Assembly (NCBI GenBank): GCA_026387175.1
Contig: JAPLME010000007.1
Location: 487-64,486, forward strand
DNA from: Candidatus Omnitrophota bacterium
GTDB taxonomy: Bacteria; Omnitrophota; Gorgyraeia; 2-01-FULL-45-10
DNA length: 64,000 nucleotides
Reading direction: 5' to 3'
Shown: one piece after another, positions 61,224 to 64,000 of the stretch
How positions within the stretch are numbered: the stretch's first letter is position 1
Layout: each line of letters opens with the position of its first letter
Program-made: the position numbers and the translations under genes
Notes under the pieces: generated by a model
What the model was told of the DNA's origin: nothing
The model's database searches: none
Seen by the model: only the letters and a program-made list of their open reading frames with translations

Positions 61224-62984
61224 TCATTCCTTAAATTTTTTAGGGAATTGTTTTACAAGACCATCCACCAACATACCTGAAAACATTACCATGTGGGCAC
61301 GGTCTTTTTCGTAATAGTCCAAGTCCTTTATCCCATCTTTTGTAAGTATAGCTTCGATATCGCTCCAGGTAAGATCCAAGTGCTTATATAACAGATCTGT
61401 CAAATCTTTCTTGGTCTGGTTATGCGGGATGGAGAAGAAACCCGCCAAGCCGCGCGCATTCTCATACCATTCTTTCTTGGCCCGTTCCAGCGCTTCTTCT
61501 TTGGACTTCTTGGCCCGTTCCAGCGCTTCTTTCCTGGCCTTCTCAGTCATCTCCATGGCCATTTCCTTGGCCTTCTTAATCAGATCCATGGCCATTTCCT
61601 TGGCCTTCTTAATCAGATCCATGGCCATTTCCTTGGCCTTCTCATTCAGATCCAGGGCCTCTTTATTGCCTTTCTCAGTTAGATCCAGGGTTTTTTTATT
61701 GCTTTTCTCAGTCAGATCCAGGGCTTTTTCCTTGGCCTTCTCAGTCAGTCCCAGGGCTTTTTCCTTGGCCTTCTCAGTAGTTTCTTTATTGCCTTTTTCA
61801 GTCAGTCCCAGGGCTTTTTCCTTGGCCTTCTCACTCAGTCCCAGGGCTTTTTCCTTGGCCTTCTCAGTCATATCCAGGGCTTCTTTATTGCCTTTCTCAC
61901 TCAGATCCAGGGCTTTTTCCTTGGCCTTCTCAGTCATATCCAGGGCTTTTTCCTTGGCCTTCTCAGTCAGTCCCAGGGCTTCTCCTTTGGCCTTCTCAGT
62001 CATATCCAGGGCTTTTTCCTTGGCCTTCTCATTCAGATCCAGGGCTTCTTTATCGCTTTTTTCAGTCAGTCCCAGAGCTTCTTCCTTGGCCTTCTCAGTC
62101 ATATCCAGGGCTTTTTCCTTAGCCTTTTCAGTCAGTCCAAGAGCTTCTTCTTTGGCCTTCTCAGTCATATCCAGGGCTTCTTTATCGCCTTTTTCAGTCA
62201 GTCCCAGGGCTTTTTCCTTGGCCTTCTCATTCAGATCCAGGGCTTCTTCCTTGGCCTTCTCAGTCAGACCAAGAGCTTCTTCCTTGGCCTTCTCAGTTAG
62301 TCCCAGAGCTTCTTTATTGCCTTTCTCAGTCAGACCAAGAGCTTCTCCTTTGGCCTTCTCAGTTAGTCCCAGGGCTTCTCCTTTGGCCTTCTCAGTCAGA
62401 CCAAGAGCTTCTCCTTTGGCCTTCTCAGTTAGTCCCAGGGCTTCTCCTTTGGCCTTCTCATCTCCTTTGGCCTTCTCAGTCAGACCAAGAGCTTCTCCTT
62501 TGGCCTTCTCAGTTAGTCCCAGGGCTTCTCCTTTGGCCTTCTCAGTCAGACCAAGAGCTTCTTCTTTGGCCTTCTTAATCAGATCCAGAGCCTCTTCCTT
62601 GCCTGCCTTGACGGCTTTAATAACTTTTTCAGTAAGCTTCACATCATTTTTAAGATAACCGGTCAAAATGGCACTTGCCCAACCTCCGTAATATGGCTTA
62701 ATTGTGTCTCCGAGATTACTCGCATTCTTAAGGAGTTTATCTCTGGCCTGATCCGTATCTGTCGAATCATTCATTTCGCTTACAATGTAAGCTCGTGATA
62801 AAGTTGCGCGTGACTCCCATAGCGTTCTCATGGATGATCTTAACTCAGCTTCCGACTTAGACATGATCTTAGCCGTCACTTCTTTATCCGCTACTTTAAT
62901 CTTCACGTCTTCAGCGCGTAGAAAGTCTCTTATGGCTACCGCGCAAAGTAAAGATAAAATTAGTATTAGAAATATCTTTTTCAT
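61224..62984 (-). CDS. Secreted helical-bundle protein with a large internal 11-aa repeat expansion
   Basis: Signal peptide; LRSSMRTLW...IKPYYG N-part; WYENA...HLDLT...GLVKQFPKKF C-part. Confidence 0.8.
   Translation of the reverse strand: MKKIFLILILSLLCAVAIRDFLRAEDVKIKVADKEVTAKIMSKSEAELRSSMRTLWESRATLSRAYIVSEMNDSTDTDQARDKLLKNASNLGDTIKPYYGGWASAILTGYLKNDVKLTEKVIKAVKAGKEEALDLIKKAKEEALGLTEKAKGEALGLTEKAKGEALGLTEKAKGDEKAKGEALGLTEKAKGEALGLTEKAKGEALGLTEKAKGEALGLTEKGNKEALGLTEKAKEEALGLTEKAKEEALDLNEKAKEKALGLTEKGDKEALDMTEKAKEEALGLTEKAKEKALDMTEKAKEEALGLTEKSDKEALDLNEKAKEKALDMTEKAKGEALGLTEKAKEKALDMTEKAKEKALDLSEKGNKEALDMTEKAKEKALGLSEKAKEKALGLTEKGNKETTEKAKEKALGLTEKAKEKALDLTEKSNKKTLDLTEKGNKEALDLNEKAKEMAMDLIKKAKEMAMDLIKKAKEMAMEMTEKARKEALERAKKSKEEALERAKKEWYENARGLAGFFSIPHNQTKKDLTDLLYKHLDLTWSDIEAILTKDGIKDLDYYEKDRAHMVMFSGMLVDGLVKQFPKKFKE
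61470..62600 (-). repeat. About 34 tandem 33-bp coding repeats (EKAKEEALGLT type)
   Basis: ttggccttctcagtca...cagggct recurs with a 33-bp period; two shortened in-frame units are present. Confidence 0.92.
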
Positions 62985-62997
62985 ATGTAGCTGGGAT

Positions 62998-63378
62998 TTA
63001 TCTTAATTTTGATTCTCTCTTCGCATCTCCTTGCTTCGAATGCGTCTCTCTCTGTAGCTTTTCGCAAAATGTGATCTCCTTGGTAACGTCAATGGCGTAC
63101 TTATTTCCGAGCTCTTTCAGCGTGAAGATGGCGCTTTCCAGATACGATTCCGCGGTGGCATAAAACTCCGCTGCCCTCTGAGGTTGGTGCACGCCGTCAC
63201 CATTCTCAATCCATGGTATGGCTTTTTTATAAAGCTCATTTGCTTCGCCAAGTTTTGGGTTATCGGTTAATTCTTGTTGATATTTCTGCCTCCACGCAAA
63301 ACAGTCTGCGGGATTTATCGAGCTGACAACTAGCATCGCCAGCATTATCAGGCTGCAAATTCCGATATATTTTTTCAT
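62998..63378 (-). CDS. Hypothetical secreted protein
   Basis: AGGAGG RBS 6 nt before ATG 63378; signal peptide. Confidence 0.7.
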   Translation of the reverse strand: MKKYIGICSLIMLAMLVVSSINPADCFAWRQKYQQELTDNPKLGEANELYKKAIPWIENGDGVHQPQRAAEFYATAESYLESAIFTLKELGNKYAIDVTKEITFCEKLQRETHSKQGDAKRESKLR

Positions 63379-63418
63379 TTTCATCCTCCTTTTTTTCATG
63401 AACTTTAGCCGATTAAAG

Positions 63419-63586
63419 CTATTTCTTCTTGCCAAGTAGAAAATAGAGAACCATGCCGATAACAGGTAAAACGATTATCAGAATGAGCCATAATGCTTTA
63501 TTGCCTGTATCCGCAGAGCTTTTCAGGATATCGACAATGGCAATAATATCCAGAACCAAAACTATAAGCGCAACTATTCCTGTCAT
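63419..63586 (-). CDS. Small PLDc_N-type membrane protein (55 aa, absent from the ORF track)
   Basis: GAGGAGG RBS; MTGIVALIVLVLDIIAIVDILKS...KALWLILIIVLPVIGMVLYFLLGKKK. Confidence 0.8.
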   Translation of the reverse strand: MTGIVALIVLVLDIIAIVDILKSSADTGNKALWLILIIVLPVIGMVLYFLLGKKK

Positions 63587-63661
63587 ACATCCTCCTCCTC
63601 TTTAATTATATTACAGTTCCGCTGCTATTTCAATAAGTGCGGATTGACGTAATATATTTTT

Positions 63662-64000
63662 TCATTCGGTTTTTTCCGGGCCTTCATCCTCCGCTGCGTA
63701 TCCGGGCGGCGTCTTATGCCACTTGTACCCGTTCACCGCGTCATCATATCCGCGCTTGAAGAGCCTCTGCATTTCTTGTTTATCGAATAACTCTTTCGGA
63801 TGAGGTTTAAAATCGGCTGGAATATATGCTAAATTAAAATCCAGGCCTCTTCTTTTAGCAGTGGCATAGAGCCTGTAAATATCTCCGTTATTTGCGGCTG
63901 CCACCACCGTGTCAAGAGAACGTATGCTTATATCTACCAGGCTGTCTTTTACCTGTTGCCTGTTCGGCGACATATAAGAATTACTTAAAACATAGATTTG
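63662..64000 (-). CDS. C-terminal part of a probable patatin-like phospholipase (5' end outside the window)
   Basis: GDIYRLY...DFNLAYIP.DF...FD...M..LF..GY...GYKWHKTPP tail resembles that of this family. The catalytic motifs are not in the window. Confidence 0.6.
   Translation of the reverse strand, partial: QIYVLSNSYMSPNRQQVKDSLVDISIRSLDTVVAAANNGDIYRLYATAKRRGLDFNLAYIPADFKPHPKELFDKQEMQRLFKRGYDDAVNGYKWHKTPPGYAAEDEGPEKTE

Noticed and set aside
61411-62658. 415-aa + strand ORF and a CRISPR-like periodicity
   Set aside because: The ORF is the antisense shadow of the 33-bp coding repeat. The units are contiguous with no unique spacers, and there are no cas genes.

Overview
Bacterial chromosomal window from a diderm organism (lpxA, an autotransporter and a porin are present). 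Gene content and signal-peptide style suggest the PVC group / Ca. Omnitrophota, which is an inference only. The window appears to straddle the replication terminus: every gene left of ~28.6 kb is on +, every gene to the right except glgC is on -, and a 28-bp dif-like XerC/XerD site sits at the convergence point (28594-28621). That site lies next to a free-standing HTH-LAGLIDADG endonuclease and a small HTH gene. The left arm carries surface and envelope genes: a PATR autotransporter, a porin, glycine-zipper proteins, and two tandem GLUG-repeat proteins. The GLUG pair is controlled by a c-di-GMP-I riboswitch with an unusual 50-nt two-hairpin insertion, and the second gene has an in-frame TAG. 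The right arm carries phosphate transport, glgC, mnmG, a candidate orphan sRNA and a ParA-glycogen-binding (CBM48) fusion. It also holds a ~22-kb cluster of glutamine-dependent enzymes (purQ, purL, guaA, purF, a split carB, carA, pyrG, a glutamate synthase-family gene) with ANTAR-like and attenuator leaders, and a protein with ~34 tandem 11-aa repeats. No rRNA, tRNA, CRISPR array, transposase or prophage was recognised.
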